From Eledone cirrhosa (taxonomy: Eukaryota), in assembly GCA_964016885.1 (NCBI GenBank), contig OZ024742.1:345712001-345776000 (forward strand): DNA of 64,000 bases. Direction: 5' to 3'. A program made the position numbers and the translations under genes. The notes under the pieces were generated by a model that was given only the letters and a program-made list of their open reading frames with translations, had not been told where the DNA came from and did no database searches. Positions 1 through 15,634 of the stretch are shown piece after piece (the first letter of the stretch is position 1; every line of letters starts with the position of its first letter).

Positions 1-23
1 ATATATATATATATATATATATA

Positions 24-735
24 TTAAGAATGTCTCTTGTATCCCTATTAAAAAATTGGGATTATCACTCCCGATTACCATTGCTTTGGTCCGTTTCCAG
101 AGATCCAGGGCACCTGGCACGCACGAGCCATTCAGAGTATAGCTTCTCTATTTAAGGGTTTTTGTTAAATCTTGGGCCGAATTTTATCCTGTCAGAGCAC
201 CTGCAACATTTAAGCACTCTGGCCATCCGAGTCTCCATGAGATTACTCTCCATCCCTTCAGGCGTCTCATGTACATCAAAGGATGCTGCTGTGACCAGAT
301 TTAGGAGAGCAGCAAAATGTTCCCACGAGGATGTAATATGTTCTAGAGAGAATGGTCCCATAAGGATAATTTTATCAAAATAGTTTTAACTCTTTAGCAT
401 CTAAACCGGCCGTACCAGCCAGAATTCTCTCACCTCGTTCTGTTCAAACTGGTCATAACTGGCTGCTAATTCTTATATTAAGGTAATGTTCACAAAATAA
501 ATAATATCAAAATCTCATAGATTCGATATTATATGAGATTATATGTGAAATAACATATTTACCATGAAAATCCAATAGTATATATAGCGTAATATAAATG
601 CTAAAGGGTATGCTCTCTTCAATTTTTTCAAAATGTTACCTTAATATTTTCTAAAAAATTAAAAATCCATGAAATTATTTCATTTTCGTAGGTTCAGTCA
701 ACTGTTAAATATCTTACGTTTGTATATATTTAAAT
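24..735 (-). pseudogene. Decayed exon plus short intron of an unidentified protein (..NYFDKIILMGPFSLEHITSSWEHFAALLNLVTAASFDVHETPEG..), repeated in all four units
   Basis: A diverged inverted paralog at 4322-4592 shows several synonymous third-position changes in this frame. Both copies share a GTAAG...TTTTTAG intron-like segment. In-frame stops and a MITE insertion are present. Confidence 0.5.
390..608. mobile_element. piggyBac-like MITE (present in each macro-repeat unit)
   Basis: TTAA|CTCTTTAGCAT ... ATGCTAAAGGG termini. The segment is absent from the paralog at ~4450, so it is an insertion. Confidence 0.65.
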
Positions 736-1109
736 AATTCTCTTTTTATATTATTGTGTATGTAAATATAACATGAATATAGCATTAAACATGTTCATTA
801 ATTTTATGTAGTTGATTCTAAAATAACTGAGAAATGTCGGCACGGTCAGCTAGTACTTCAAGAATACAGGAAAGAATAAGGGTTCTTAAGTATATCTCAT
901 TGTGAATACGTAAAAAGAAATCCCTTTCTCCATCTCTACCCGCTATCATATCATTCCTCTCTGTTCCATCAATGCCTAATCAATACCTTAACTAATACCA
1001 TCTCCCTTCCTAATCAATACCTTAACTAATACCATCTCCCTTATTTATGATAATGCGTTACGTTGAAAGATCAAGAACATTCAGAAAAGCTAAGCAAAGA
1101 AGTAACTAT

Positions 1110-1206
1110 AGTACATAAGTATTCAATACATTAATACAGTGAAAACAACAACGTTTAATATAGAAATGGCTTCTACAGGTCCTGTAGAGACCATTTCTAT
1201 ATTAAA
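1110..1206 (-). mobile_element. PLE terminal-repeat relic: hairpin 1154-1206 plus tail (copies 6477-6529, 10810-10862, 20722-20774)
   Basis: Inverted repeat TTTAATATAGAAATGG-CTTCTACAGG-T-CCTGTAGAGA-CCATTTCTATATTAAA, matching the HHR-bearing repeat at 38100-38215. Confidence 0.6.
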
Positions 1207-1220
1207 TTACGCTATATAGA

Positions 1221-1275
<55 letters not shown>

Positions 1276-1292
1276 CATAGATAGATAGATAG

Positions 1293-1397
<105 letters not shown>

Positions 1398-1480
1398 AAT
1401 TGAGGATTTAGCTTCTGGCATAGCTGTATACAGATATGTATAGAAATCTGTGTGAGTGTGTAGTACAAAACAGTAATAAA

Positions 1481-3313
1481 CAATGACAACAATGACAACA
1501 ATGACAACAATAACAACAATGACAACAATGACAACAATGACAACAATAACAACAATGACAACAATGACAACAATGACAACAATAACAACAATGACAACAA
1601 TGACCACAATGACAACAATGACAACAATGACAACAATAACAACAATGACAACAATGACAACAATAACAACAATGACAACAATGACAACAATTACAACAAT
1701 GACAACAATGACAACAATAACAACAATGACAACAATAACAACAATGACAACAATGACAATAATAACAACAATGACAACAATAACAACAATGACAACAATG
1801 ACAACAATGACAACAATGACAACAATGACAACAATAACAACAATGACAACAATGACAACAATAACAACAATAACAACAATGACAACAATGACAACAATGA
1901 CAACAATAACAACAATGACAACAATGACAACAATAACAACAATGACAACAAGGACAACAATGACAACAATAACAACAATAACAACAATGACAACAATGAC
2001 AACAATGACAACAATGACAACAATGACGACAATAACAACAATAACAACAATGACAACAATAACAACAATGACAACCATAACAACAATGACAACAATAACA
2101 ACAATAACAAGAATGACAACCATAACAACAATGACAACCATAACAACAATGACAACAATAACAACAATAACAACAATGACAACAATGACAACAATAACAA
2201 CAATGACAAAAATGATAACAATGACAACAATGACAACAATGACAACAATGACAACAATAACCACAATGACAACAATGACAACAATAACAACAATGAAAAC
2301 AATAACAACAATAACAACAATGACAACAATGACAACAATAACAACAATGAAAAAATAACAGCAATGACAACAATGACAACAATGACAACAATGACAACAA
2401 TTACAACAATGACAACAATGACAACAATGACAACAATAACAACAATGACAACAATGACAGCAATAACAACAATGACAACAATGACAACAATGACAACAAT
2501 GACAACAATGACAACAATAACAACAATGACAATAATAACAACAATAAAAACAATAACAACAATGACAACAATAACAACAATGACAACAATAACAACAATG
2601 ACAATAACAACAATGACAACAATAACAACTATGACAACAATAACACCAATGACAACAATAACAACAATGACAACAATGACAACAATGACAACAATAACAA
2701 CAATGACAACAATGACAACAATGACAACAATAACAACAATGACAACAATGATAACAATGACAACAATAACAACAATGACAATAGTGACAACAATGACAAC
2801 AATGACGACAATAACAACAATAACAACAATGACAACAATGACAACAATAACAACAATGACAACAATAACAACAATGACAACAATGACAACAATGATAACA
2901 ATGACAACAATGACATCAATGACAACAATAACAACAATAACAACAATAACAACAATGACAACAATGACAACAATAACAACAATGACAACAATGACATCAA
3001 TGACAACAATGACAACAATAACAACAATGACAACAATGATAACAATGACAACAATAACAACAATGACAACAATGACAACAATAACGACAATGACAACAAT
3101 GACAACAATGACAACAATAACAACAATGACAACAATGACAACAATGACAACAATGACAACAAGGACAACAATGACAACAATGACAACAATGACAACAATG
3201 ACAACAATGACAACAATAACGACAATGACAACAATGACAACAATGACAACAATGACAACAATGACAACAATGACAACAATAACAACAATGACAACAATAA
3301 CAACAATGACAAC
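1481..3313. repeat. 9-bp satellite (ACAACAATG/ACAACAATA)n, array 1 (~1.8 kb)
   Basis: Directly visible tandem repeat. Confidence 0.99.
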
Positions 3314-3335
3314 TGTTGTCATTGTTGTTATTGTT

Positions 3336-3550
3336 TTGTTTGCTATTTACTTGTCTCTGGTGCTAGAATATGCCCTCAAGGACTATAATGATGGTGCTTT
3401 GTTTGAATTTCGAACATCAGATGGGCTCTTTAATCATCAACGAATTGAGTTGAAGAAAATGTTTTTAGACTTCTTGTTTGCAGATGATGCGTCTCTAGTA
3501 ACTAATTATTTCCGGGAAGCACAAAACCTTGTCAAACATTGTAACGCGCT
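3336..3550 (+). pseudogene. RTE-clade LINE reverse transcriptase fragment (copies at 7651-7865 and 15657-15870)
   Basis: LFAIYLSLVLEYAL..G..FEFRTSDGLFN..R...FLFADDA: catalytic FADD motif in a BovB/RTE-like context. Confidence 0.85.
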
Positions 3551-3648
3551 TAATCTCCCTAAGAAACACATTAAAAGGGCATATGTTGACTCCCCAGCTA
3601 CTTACAAGCTGATTTCACAAGCAAACACCTATGTTCACACTTACATAC

Positions 3649-3719
<71 letters not shown>

Positions 3720-4321
3720 CATATCGTTTTTTATCTTTTTCAAATACAATATAAAAAATTAGAAACATAGGCGGAGCAGTTAGAAACAGATCAAAATAGA
3801 GTAATTTATTATAATAAGCAGTACAAAAGACTATGTTTCATACTTCTTTGAAAACATTTTCCAAAAAAGCATGCATACAGAATCCTATTGTGCTAAAAAT
3901 AATAATTACACATGAAGCAAATTATTCATTAAAATAAACACTAAACACGTTTTTACATTAAATGATGATTTACGAACGTTTCATCCATTCCTGGCACTTG
4001 ACAAAATCAGTTATTTAAGATTAAAAACCTCATAATAACCTCCCCAAATTACTCGACAGCCAGCAGCCATAGAAAATGTTTACATTTATAAATTCCGAAA
4101 TGGCGCCATAATGCATTGAAAATCTATGTTGTCCAACTACAGAAATATAACGTCAAACCACTCTAGCACATCACTATAAAAACTTTTCTTTTTAAATCAA
4201 TAGAGGATAAATATAAAAAGAGAAACATGTTAAAAAATATTATAAAATCTTTTTCTATATATATATATAGGAAAAGATTCAGGTCCCCTACGGCTGAGCT
4301 CCAGCCGTTTCAACAGCTTGA

Positions 4322-4592
4322 ATATATATTTAAGTATATACAAACGTAAGATATTTAACAAATGACTGAACCTACGGAAATGAAATAATTTTATCGATTT
4401 TCAATTTTTAGAAAATATTAAGGTAAAGTTTAGAAAACATGGAAGATAATGTTTAAAATTATTTTGATAAAATTATCCATATGGGGGCCCTTCTCCCTAG
4501 AACATCGTACATCCTCGTGAGAACATTTCGCTGCTCCCCTCAATCTGGTCACAGCAGCATCCTTTTATGTAGATGAGACGCCTCTAGGGAGA
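4322..4592 (+). pseudogene. Second, inverted, diverged copy of the unidentified exon/intron (also in units 2 and 3)
   Basis: Aligns by eye to the reverse complement of 256-389 plus 609-735; carries TGG>TGA and a frameshift. Confidence 0.55.
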
Positions 4593-4718
4593 GGCATTCT
4601 TCTGCAGTTCTGTTTACATGCCAACACAAGAGCAAGAATGATGAGGTCATTCTACTGACATGGCTTTAAAGAGGTTGTTTTCATAATTGCAAACGAATCT
4701 AATAGTTTTATTAAAATT

Positions 4719-4904
4719 AGGCGGTGGATTCGCAGTATCGGTAGAGGGTTGGACGCCATGCTTTGACGTATAGAGTTACCACCCTTGCCAGTCTGAGTTC
4801 AAATCCCGCCGAGGTTAACTTTGCGTTTCATCTTTACGGGGTGGATAAAATAAAGCACCAGTAACGCACTGGGGTAATTGCTGGCCTTGTGCCAAAAGTA
4901 GAAA
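4719..4904 (+). mobile_element. tRNA-derived SINE family 1 (copies 8999-9183, 17001-17184)
   Basis: A-box-like TGGCAGTATCGG, B-box GAGTTCAAATCC and body GAGGTTAACTTTGC.TTTCATCC; dispersed copies across the window. Confidence 0.85.
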
Positions 4905-4976
4905 TTAGTATTAGTATTCGAAAATCTCAGATTACATTTATTGTAGTCAGCCATGTGGAACGATAAATTATTTGTT

Positions 4977-5035
<59 letters not shown>

Positions 5036-5039
<4 letters not shown>

Positions 5040-5307
5040 AACGAGTAGGATCCCGACGGCTCAGCTCAAGCCGTTTCGACGGCTAATTCTGGACTAAATG
5101 AAAATGTTTATCCTGGTATATGAATAACTATTGAAAGGCTATTCATATACCAGGATAAAAATGTTCATTTAGTCCAGAATTAGCCGTAGAAACGGCTTGA
5201 GCTCAGCCGTCGGAGTCCTACTCGTTCCTATTACCCACTCTACTACCCTAAGTATTGAGTACTTTGGTGCGTTAAGGTCCGCCTGGTTCCTTACCACATT
5301 TCCTTCG

Positions 5308-5310
<3 letters not shown>
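5036..5310 (+). mobile_element. Fold-back mini-element (PLE pLTR-like): ~90-bp-arm hairpin 5036-5230 plus 80-bp tail, within (TA)n; copies 9331-9605 and 17305-17579
   Basis: Near-perfect inverted repeat. Each arm has the HHR 3' half GAAA-CGGCT-tgagctc-AGCCG-TC (5189-5211). The tail has GTATTGAGTAC. Confidence 0.75.
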
Positions 5311-5350
<40 letters not shown>

Positions 5351-6543
5351 GAATGTCTCTTGTATCCCTATTAAAAAATTGGGATTATCACTCCCGATTA
5401 CCATTGCTTTGGTCCGTTTCCAGAGATCCAGGGCACCTGGCACGCACGAGCCATTCAGAGTATAGCTTCTCTATTTAAGGGTTTTTGTTAAATCTTGGGC
5501 CGAATTTTATCCTGTCAGAGCACCTGCAACATTTAAGCACTCTGGCCATCCGAGTCTCCTTGAGATTACTCTCCATCCCTTCAGGCGTCTCATGTACATC
5601 AAAGGATGCTGCTGTGACCAGATTTAGGAGAGCAGCAAAATGTTCCCACGACGATGTAATATGTTCTAGAGAGAATGGTCCCATAAGGATTATTTTATCA
5701 AAATAGTTTTAACTCTTTAGCATCTAAACCGGCCGTACCAGCCAGAATTCTCTCACCTCGTTCTGTTCAAACTGGTCATAACTGGCTGCTAATTCTTATA
5801 TTAAGGTAATGTTCACAAAATAAATAATATCCAAATCTCATAGATTCGATATTATATGAGATTATATGTGAAATAACATATTTACCATGAAAATCCAATA
5901 GTATATATAGCGTAATATAAATGCTAAAGGGTATGCTCTCTTCAATTTTTTCAAAATGTTACCTTAATATTTTCTAAAAAATTAAAAATCCATGAAATTA
6001 TTTCATTTTCGTAGGTTCAGTCAACTGTTAAATATCTTACGTTTGTATATATTTAAATAATTCTCTTTTTATATTATTGTGTATGTAAATATAACATGAA
6101 TATAGCATTAAACATGTTCATTAATTTTATGTAGTTGATTCTAAAATAACTGAGAAATGTCGGCACGGTCAGCTAGTACTTCAAGAATACAGGAAAGAAT
6201 AAGGGTTCTTAAGTATATCTCATTGTGAATACGTAAAAAGAAATCCCTTTCTCCATCTCTACCCGCTATCATATCATTCCTCTCTGTTCCATCAATGCCT
6301 AATCAATACCTTAACTAATAACATCTCCCTTCCTAATCAATACCTTAACTAATACCATCTCCCTTATTTATGATAATGCGTTACGTTGAAAGATCAAGAA
6401 CATTCAGAAAAGCTAAGCAAAGAAGTAACTATAGTAAATAAGTATTCAATACATTAATACAGTGAAAACAACAACGTTTAATATAGAAATGGCTTCTACA
6501 GGTCCTGTAGAGACCATTTCTATATTAAATTACGCTATATAGA

Positions 6544-6577
<34 letters not shown>

Positions 6578-6599
6578 GGATACATAGATAGATAGATAG

Positions 6600-6682
<83 letters not shown>

Positions 6683-6763
6683 ATGAGGATTTAGCTTCTG
6701 GCATAGCTGTATACAGATATGTATAGAAATCTGTGTGAGTGTGTAGTACAAAACAGTAATAAA

Positions 6764-7628
6764 CAATGACAACAATGACAACAATGACAGCAATAACAAC
6801 AATAACATCAATGACAACAATGACAACAATGACAACAATAACATCAATGACAACAATGACAACAATGACAACAATGACAACAATAACAACAATGACAACA
6901 ATGACAACAATAACAACAATAACAACAATGACAACAATAACAACAATGACAACAATGACAACAATGACAACAATAACAACAATGACAACAATGACAACAA
7001 TAACAACAATGACAACAATGACAACAATGACAACAATAACAACAATGACAACAATAACAACAATGACAACAATGACAACAATGACAACAATAACAACAAT
7101 GACAACAATAACAACAATAACAACAATGACAACAATGACAACAATGACAGCAATAACAACAATGACAACAATGACAACAATGACAACAATGACAACAATG
7201 ACAACAATGACAACAATAACATCAATGACAACAATGACAACAATGAAAACAATGACAACAATAACAACAATGACAACAATGACAACAATGACAACAATAA
7301 CAACAATGAAAACAATGACAACAATGACAACAATAACAACAATGACAACAATGACAACAATGACAACAATAACAACAATGACAACAATAACAACAATCAC
7401 AACAATAATAACAATGACAACAATGACAACAATGACAACAATAACAACAATGACAACAATAACAACAATGACAACAATGACCACAATGACAACAATGACA
7501 ATAATAACAACAATGACAACAATGACAACAATGACAACAATGACAACAATAACAACAATGACAACAATGACAACAATAACAACAATGACAACAATGACAA
7601 GAATGACAACAATAACAACAATGACAAC
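6764..7628. repeat. 9-bp satellite array 2 (~0.87 kb)
   Basis: Directly visible tandem repeat. Confidence 0.99.
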
Positions 7629-7966
7629 TGTTGTCATTGTTGTTATTGTTTTGTTTGCTATTTACTTGTCTCTGGTGCTAGAATATGCCCTCAAGGACTA
7701 TAATGATGGTGCTTTGTTTGAATTTCGAACATCAGATGGGCTCTTTAATCATCAACGAATTGAGTTGAAGAAAATGTTTTTAGACTTCTTGTTTGCAGAT
7801 GATGCGTCTCTAGTAACTAATTATTTCCGGGAAGCACAAAACCTTGTCAAACATTGTAACCCGCTTAATCTCCCTAAGAAACACATTAAAAGGGCATATG
7901 TTGACTCCCCAGCTACTTACAAGCTGATTTCACAAGCAAACACCTATGTTCACACTTACATACACA

Positions 7967-7998
<32 letters not shown>

Positions 7999-9255
7999 CA
8001 TATCGTTTTTTATCTTTTTCAAATACAATATAAAAAATTAGAAACATAGGCGGAGCAGTTAGAAACAGATCAAAATAGAGTAATTTATTATAATAAGCAG
8101 TACAAAAGACTATGTTTCATACTTCTTTGAAAACATTTTCCAAAAAAGCATGCATACAGAATCCTATTGTGCTAAAAATAATAATTACACATGAAGCAAA
8201 TTATTCATTAAAATAAACACTAAACACGTTTTTACATTAAATGATGATTTACGAACGTTTCATCCATTCCTGGCACTTGACAAAATCAGTTATTTAAGAT
8301 TAAAAACCTCATAATAACCTCCCCAAATTACTCGACAGCCAGCAGCCATAGAAAATGTTTACATTTATAAATTCCGAAATGGCGCCATAATGCATTGAAA
8401 ATCTATGTTGTCCAACTACAGAAATATAACGTCAAACCACTCTAGCACATCACTATAAAAACTTTTCTTTTTAAATCAATAGAGGATAAATATAAAAAGA
8501 GAAACATGTTAAAAAATATTATAAAATCTTTTTCTATATATATATATAGGAAAAGATTCAGGTCCCCTACGGCTGAGCTCCAGCCGTTTCAACAGCTTGA
8601 ATATATATTTAAGTATATACAAACGTAAGATATTTAACAAATGACTGAACCTACGGAAATGAAATAATTTTATCGATTTTCAATTTTTAGAAAATATTAA
8701 GGTAAAGTTTAGAAAACATGGAAGATAATGTTTAAAATTATTTTGATAAAATTATCCATATGGGGGCCCTTCTCCCTAGAACATCGTACATCCTCGTGAG
8801 AACATTTCGCTGCTCCCCTCAATCTGGTCACAGCAGCATCCTTTTATGTAGATGAGACGCCTCTAGGGAGAGGCATTCTTCTGCAGTTCTGTTTACATGC
8901 CAACACAAGAGCAAGAATGATGAGGTCATTCTACTGACATGGCTTTAAAGAGGTTGTTTTCATAATTGCAAACGAATCTAATAGTTTTATTAAAATTAGG
9001 CGGTGGATTGGCAGTATCGGTAGAGGGTTGGACGCCATGCTTTGACGTATAGAGTTACCACCCTTGCCAGTCTGAGTTCAAATCCCGCCGAGGTTAACTT
9101 TGCGTTTCATCTTTACGGGGTGGATAAAATAAAGCACCAGTAACGCACTGGGGTAATTGCTGGCCTTGTGCCAAAAGTAGAAATTAGTATTAGTATTCGA
9201 AAATCTCAGATTACATTTATTGTAGTCAGCCATGTGGAACGATAAATTATTTGTT

Positions 9256-9334
<79 letters not shown>

Positions 9335-9602
9335 AACGAGTAGGATCCCGACGGCTCAGCTCAAGCCGTTTCGACGGCTAATTCTGGACTAAATGAAAAT
9401 GTTTATCCTGGTATATGAATAACTATTGAAAGGCTATTCATATACCAGGATAAAAATGTTCATTTAGTCCAGAATTAGCCGTAGAAACGGCTTGAGCTCA
9501 GCCGTCGGAGTCCTACTCGTTCCTATTACCCACTCTACTACCCTAAGTATTGAGTACTTTGGTGCGTTAAGGTCCGCCTGGTTCCTTACCACATTTCCTT
9601 CG

Positions 9603-9683
<81 letters not shown>

Positions 9684-10876
9684 GAATGTCTCTTGTATCC
9701 CTATTAAAAAATTGGGATTATCACTCCCGATTACCATTGCTTTGGTCCGTTTCCAGAGATCCAGGGCACCTGGCACGCACGAGCCATTCAGAGTATAGCT
9801 TCTCTATTTAAGGGTTTTTGTTAAATCTTGGGCCGAATTTTATCCTGTCAGAGCACCTGCAACATTTAAGCACTCTGGCCATCCGAGTCTCCTTGAGATT
9901 ACTCTCCATCCCTTGAGGCGTCTCATGTACATCAAAGGATGCTGCTGTGACCAGATTTAGGAGAGCAGCAAAATGTTCCCACGACGATGTAATATGTTCT
10001 AGAGAGAATGGTCCCATAAGGATAATTTTATCAAAATAGTTTTAACTCTTTAGCATCTAAACCGGCCGTACCAGCCAGAATTCTCTCACCTCGTTCTGTT
10101 CAAACTGGTCATAACTGGCTGCTAATTCTTATATTAAGGTAATGTTCACAAAATAAATAATATCCAAATCTCATAGATTCGATATTATATGAGATTATAT
10201 GTGAAATAACATATTTACCATGAAAATCCAATAGTATATATAGCGTAATATAAATGCTAAAGGGTATGCTCTCTTCAATTTTTTCAAAATGTTACCTTAA
10301 TATTTTCTAAAAAATTAAAAATCCATGAAATTATTTCATTTTCGTAGGTTCAGTCAACTGTTAAATATCTTACGTTTGTATATATTTAAATAATTCTCTT
10401 TTTATATTATTGTGTATGTAAATATAACATGAATATAGCATTAAACATGTTCATTAATTTTATGTAGTTGATTCTAAAATAACTGAGAAATGTCGGCACG
10501 GTCAGCTAGTACTTCAAGAATACAGGAAAGAATAAGGGTTCTTAAGTATATCTCATTGTGAATACGTAAAAAGAAATCCCTTTCTCCATCTCTACCCGCT
10601 ATCATATCATTCCTCTCTGTTCCATCAATGCCTAATCAATACCTTAACTAATAACATCTCCCTTCCTAATCAATACCTTAACTAATACCATCTCCCTTAT
10701 TTATGATAATGCGTTACGTTGAAAGATCAAGAACATTCAGAAAAGCTAAGCAAAGAAGTAACTATAGTAAATAAGTATTCAATACATTAATACAGTGAAA
10801 ACAACAACGTTTAATATAGAAATGGCTTCTACAGGTCCTGTAGAGACCATTTCTATATTAAATTACGCTATATAGA

Positions 10877-10914
<38 letters not shown>

Positions 10915-10936
10915 GGATACATAGATAGATAGATAG

Positions 10937-11025
<89 letters not shown>

Positions 11026-11106
11026 ATGAGGATTTAGCTTCTGGCATAGCTGTATACAGATATGTATAGAAATCTGTGTGAGTGTGTAGTACAAAACAGT
11101 AATAAA

Positions 11107-14100
11107 CAATGACAACAATGACAACAATGACAACAATGACAGCAATAACAACAATAACATCAATGACAACAATGACAACAATGACAACAATGACAACAAT
11201 GACAACAATGACGACAATGACAACAATGACAACAATAACAACAATGACAGCAATAACAACAATGACAACAATAACAACAATGACAACAATGACAACAATG
11301 ACAACAATAACAACAATGACAACAATAACAACAATGACAACAATAACAACAATGACAACAATGACAACAATGACAACAATAACAACAATAACATCAATGA
11401 CAACAATGACAACAATGACAACAATGACAACAATGACAACAATGACAACAATAACAACAATGACAGCAATAACAACAATGACAACAATAACAACAATGAC
11501 AACAATGACAACAATGACAACAATAACAACAATGACAACAATGACAACAATGACAACAATGACAACAATGACAACAATGACAACAATGACAACAATGACA
11601 ATGACAACAATGACAACAATGACAACAATGACAACAATGACAACAATGACAACAATGACAATGACAACAATAACAACAATGACAACAATGACAACAATGA
11701 CAACAATGACAACAATGACAACAATGACAATGACAACAATAACAACAATGACAACAATGACAACAATGACAACAATGACAACAATGACAACAATGACAAT
11801 GACAACAATAACAACAATGACAACAATGACAACAATGACAACAATGACAACAATAACAACAATGACAGCAATAACAACAATGACAACAATAACAACAATG
11901 ACAACAATGACAACAATGACAACAATAACAACAATGACAACAATGACAACAATGACAACAATGACAACAATGACAACAATGACAACAATGACAACAATGA
12001 CAACAATGACAATGACAACAATGACAACAATGACAACAATGACAACAATGACAACAATGACAACAATGACAACAATGACAACAATGACAACAATGACAAC
12101 AATGACAACAATGACAACAATGACAATGACAACAATAACAACAATGACAACAATGACAACAATGACAACAATGACAACAATGACAACAATGACAACAATA
12201 ACAACAATGACAACAATAACAACAATAACAACAATGACAACAATAACAACAATAACAACAATGACAACAATAACAACAATGACAACAATGACAACAATAA
12301 CAACAATGACAACAATGACAACAATGACATCAATGACAACAATGACAACAATGACAACAATGACAACAATAACATCAATGACAACAATGACAACAATGAC
12401 ATCAATGACAACAATGACAACAATGACAACAATAACATCAATGACAACAATAACAACAATGACAACAATGACACCAATGACAACAATGACAACAATAACA
12501 ACAATGACAACAATAACAACAATGACAACAATGACAACAATAACAACAATGACAACAATAACAACAATGACAACAATGACAACAATAACAACAATGACAA
12601 CAATGACAACAATAACAACAATGACAACAATGACAACAATGACATCAATGACAACAATGACAACAATGACAACAATGACAACAATAACATCAATGACAAC
12701 AATGACAACAATGACATCAATGACAACAATGACAACAATGACAACAATAACATCAATGACAACAATAACAACAATGACAACAATGACACCAATGACAACA
12801 ATGACAACAATAACAACAATGACAACAATAACAACAATGACAACAATGACAACAATAACAACAATGACAACAATAACAACAATGACAACAATGACAACAA
12901 TGACAACAATGACAACAATAACAACAATGACAACAATAACAACAATGACAACAATGACAACAATGACAACAATGACAACAATAACAACAATGACAACAAT
13001 GACAACAATGACAAAATAACAACAATGACAACAATGACAACAATGACAACAATAACAACAATGACAACAATAACAACAATGACAACAATGACAACAATGA
13101 CAAAATAACAACAATGACAACAATGACAATGACAACAATGACAACAATGACAACAATGACAACAATGACAACAATGACAACAATGACAACAATGACAATG
13201 ACAACAATGACAACAATGACAAAATAACAACAATGACAACAATGACAACAATGACAACAATGACAACAATGACAACAATAACAACAATGACAACAATGAC
13301 AACAATGACAACAATAACAACAATGACAACAATGACAACAATGACAACAATAACAACAATAACAACAATGACAACAATGACAACAATGACAACAATAACA
13401 AGAATGACAACAATGACAACAATGACAACAATAACAACAATGACAACAATAACAACAATGACAACAATGACAACAATGACCACAATGACAACAATGACAA
13501 CAATGACAACAATAACAACAATGAAAACAATAACAACAATGACAACAATGACAACAATGACAACAATGACAACAATAACAACAATGACAACAATAACAAC
13601 AATAACAACAATGACAACAATGACAACAATGACAGCAATAACAACAATGACAACAATAACAACAATGACAACAATGACAACAATGACAACAATGACAACA
13701 ATGACAACAATGACAACAATAACATCAATAACATCAATGACAACAATGACAACAATGACAACAATGACAACAATGACAACAATGACAACAATGACAACAA
13801 TAACATCAATGACAACAATGACAACAATGACAACAATGACAACAATGACAACAATGACAACAATGACAACAATAACAACAATGACAACAATGACAACAAT
13901 GACAACAATGACCACAATGACAACAATGACAACAATGACAACAATAACATCAATGACAACAATGACAACAATGACAACAATGACCACAATGACAACAATG
14001 ACAACAATGACAACAATAACATCAATGACAACAATGACAACAATGACAACAATGACAACAATAACAACAATGACAACAATAACAACAATGACAACAATGA

Positions 14101-15634
14101 CAACAATGACAACAATGACAACAATGACAACAATGACAACAATGACAACAATGACCACAATGACAACAATGACAACAATGACAACAATAACATCAATGAC
14201 AACAATGACAACAATGACATCAATGACAACAATGACAACAATAACAACAATGACAACAATGACAACAATGACAACAATGACAACAATGACAACAATGACA
14301 ACAATTACAACAATGACAACAATAACAACAATAACAACAATGACAACAATGACAACAATGACAACAATGACAACAATGACAACAATGACAACAATGACAA
14401 CAATAACAACAATGACAACAATAACAACAATGACAACAATTACAACAATGACAACAATAACAACAATAACAACAATGACAACAATGACAACAATGACAAC
14501 AATGACAACAATGACAACAATGACAACAATGACAACAATGACAACAATGACAACAATAACAACAATGACAACAATAACAACAATGACAACAATTACAACA
14601 ATGACAACAATAACAACAATAACAACAATGACAACAATGACAACAATGACAACAATGACAACAATGACAACAATTACAACAATGACAACAATAACAACAA
14701 TAACAACAATGACAACAATGACAACAATGACAACAATGACAACAATGACAACAATGACAACAATAACAACAATGACAACAATAACAACAATGACAACAAT
14801 GACAACAATGACAACAATGACAACAATGACAACAATGACAACAATAACAACAATAACAACAATGACAACAATAACAACAATGACAACAATGACAACAATG
14901 ACAACAATGACAACAATGACAACAATGACAACAATGACAACAATAACAACAATGACAACAATAACAACAATGACAACAATGACAACAATGACAACAATGA
15001 CAACAATAACAACAATGACAACAATGACAACAATGAAAACAATGACAACAATAACAACAATAACAACAATGACAACAATGACAACAATGAAAACAATGAC
15101 AACAATAACAACAATAACATCAATGACAACAATGACAACAATGAAAACAATGACAACAATAACAACAATGACAACAATGACAACAATGACCACAATGACA
15201 ACAATAACAACAATGAAAACAATGACAACAATAACAACAATGACAACAATGACAACAATAACAACAATAACAACAATAACAACAATGACAACAATGACAA
15301 CAATGACAACAATAACAACAATGACAACAATAACAACAATCACAACAATAATAACAATGACAACAATGACAACAATGACAACAATAACAACAATGACAAC
15401 AATGACCACAATGACAACAATGACAATAATAACAACAATGACAACAATGACAACAATAACAACAATGACAACAATGACAACAATGACAACAATGACAACA
15501 ATAACAACAATGACAACAATGACAACAATGACAACAATGACAACAATGACAACAATAACAACAATGACAACAATGACAACAATAACAACAATGACAACAA
15601 TGACAAGAATGACAACAATAACAACAATGACAAC
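11107..15634. repeat. 9-bp satellite array 3 (~4.5 kb)
   Basis: Directly visible tandem repeat. Confidence 0.99.

Noticed and set aside
2364-3770. Apparent Thr-rich repeat-RT fusion protein
   Set aside because: Chance in-frame junction of the satellite with a ~70-aa decayed RT fragment, ending in (TA)n.
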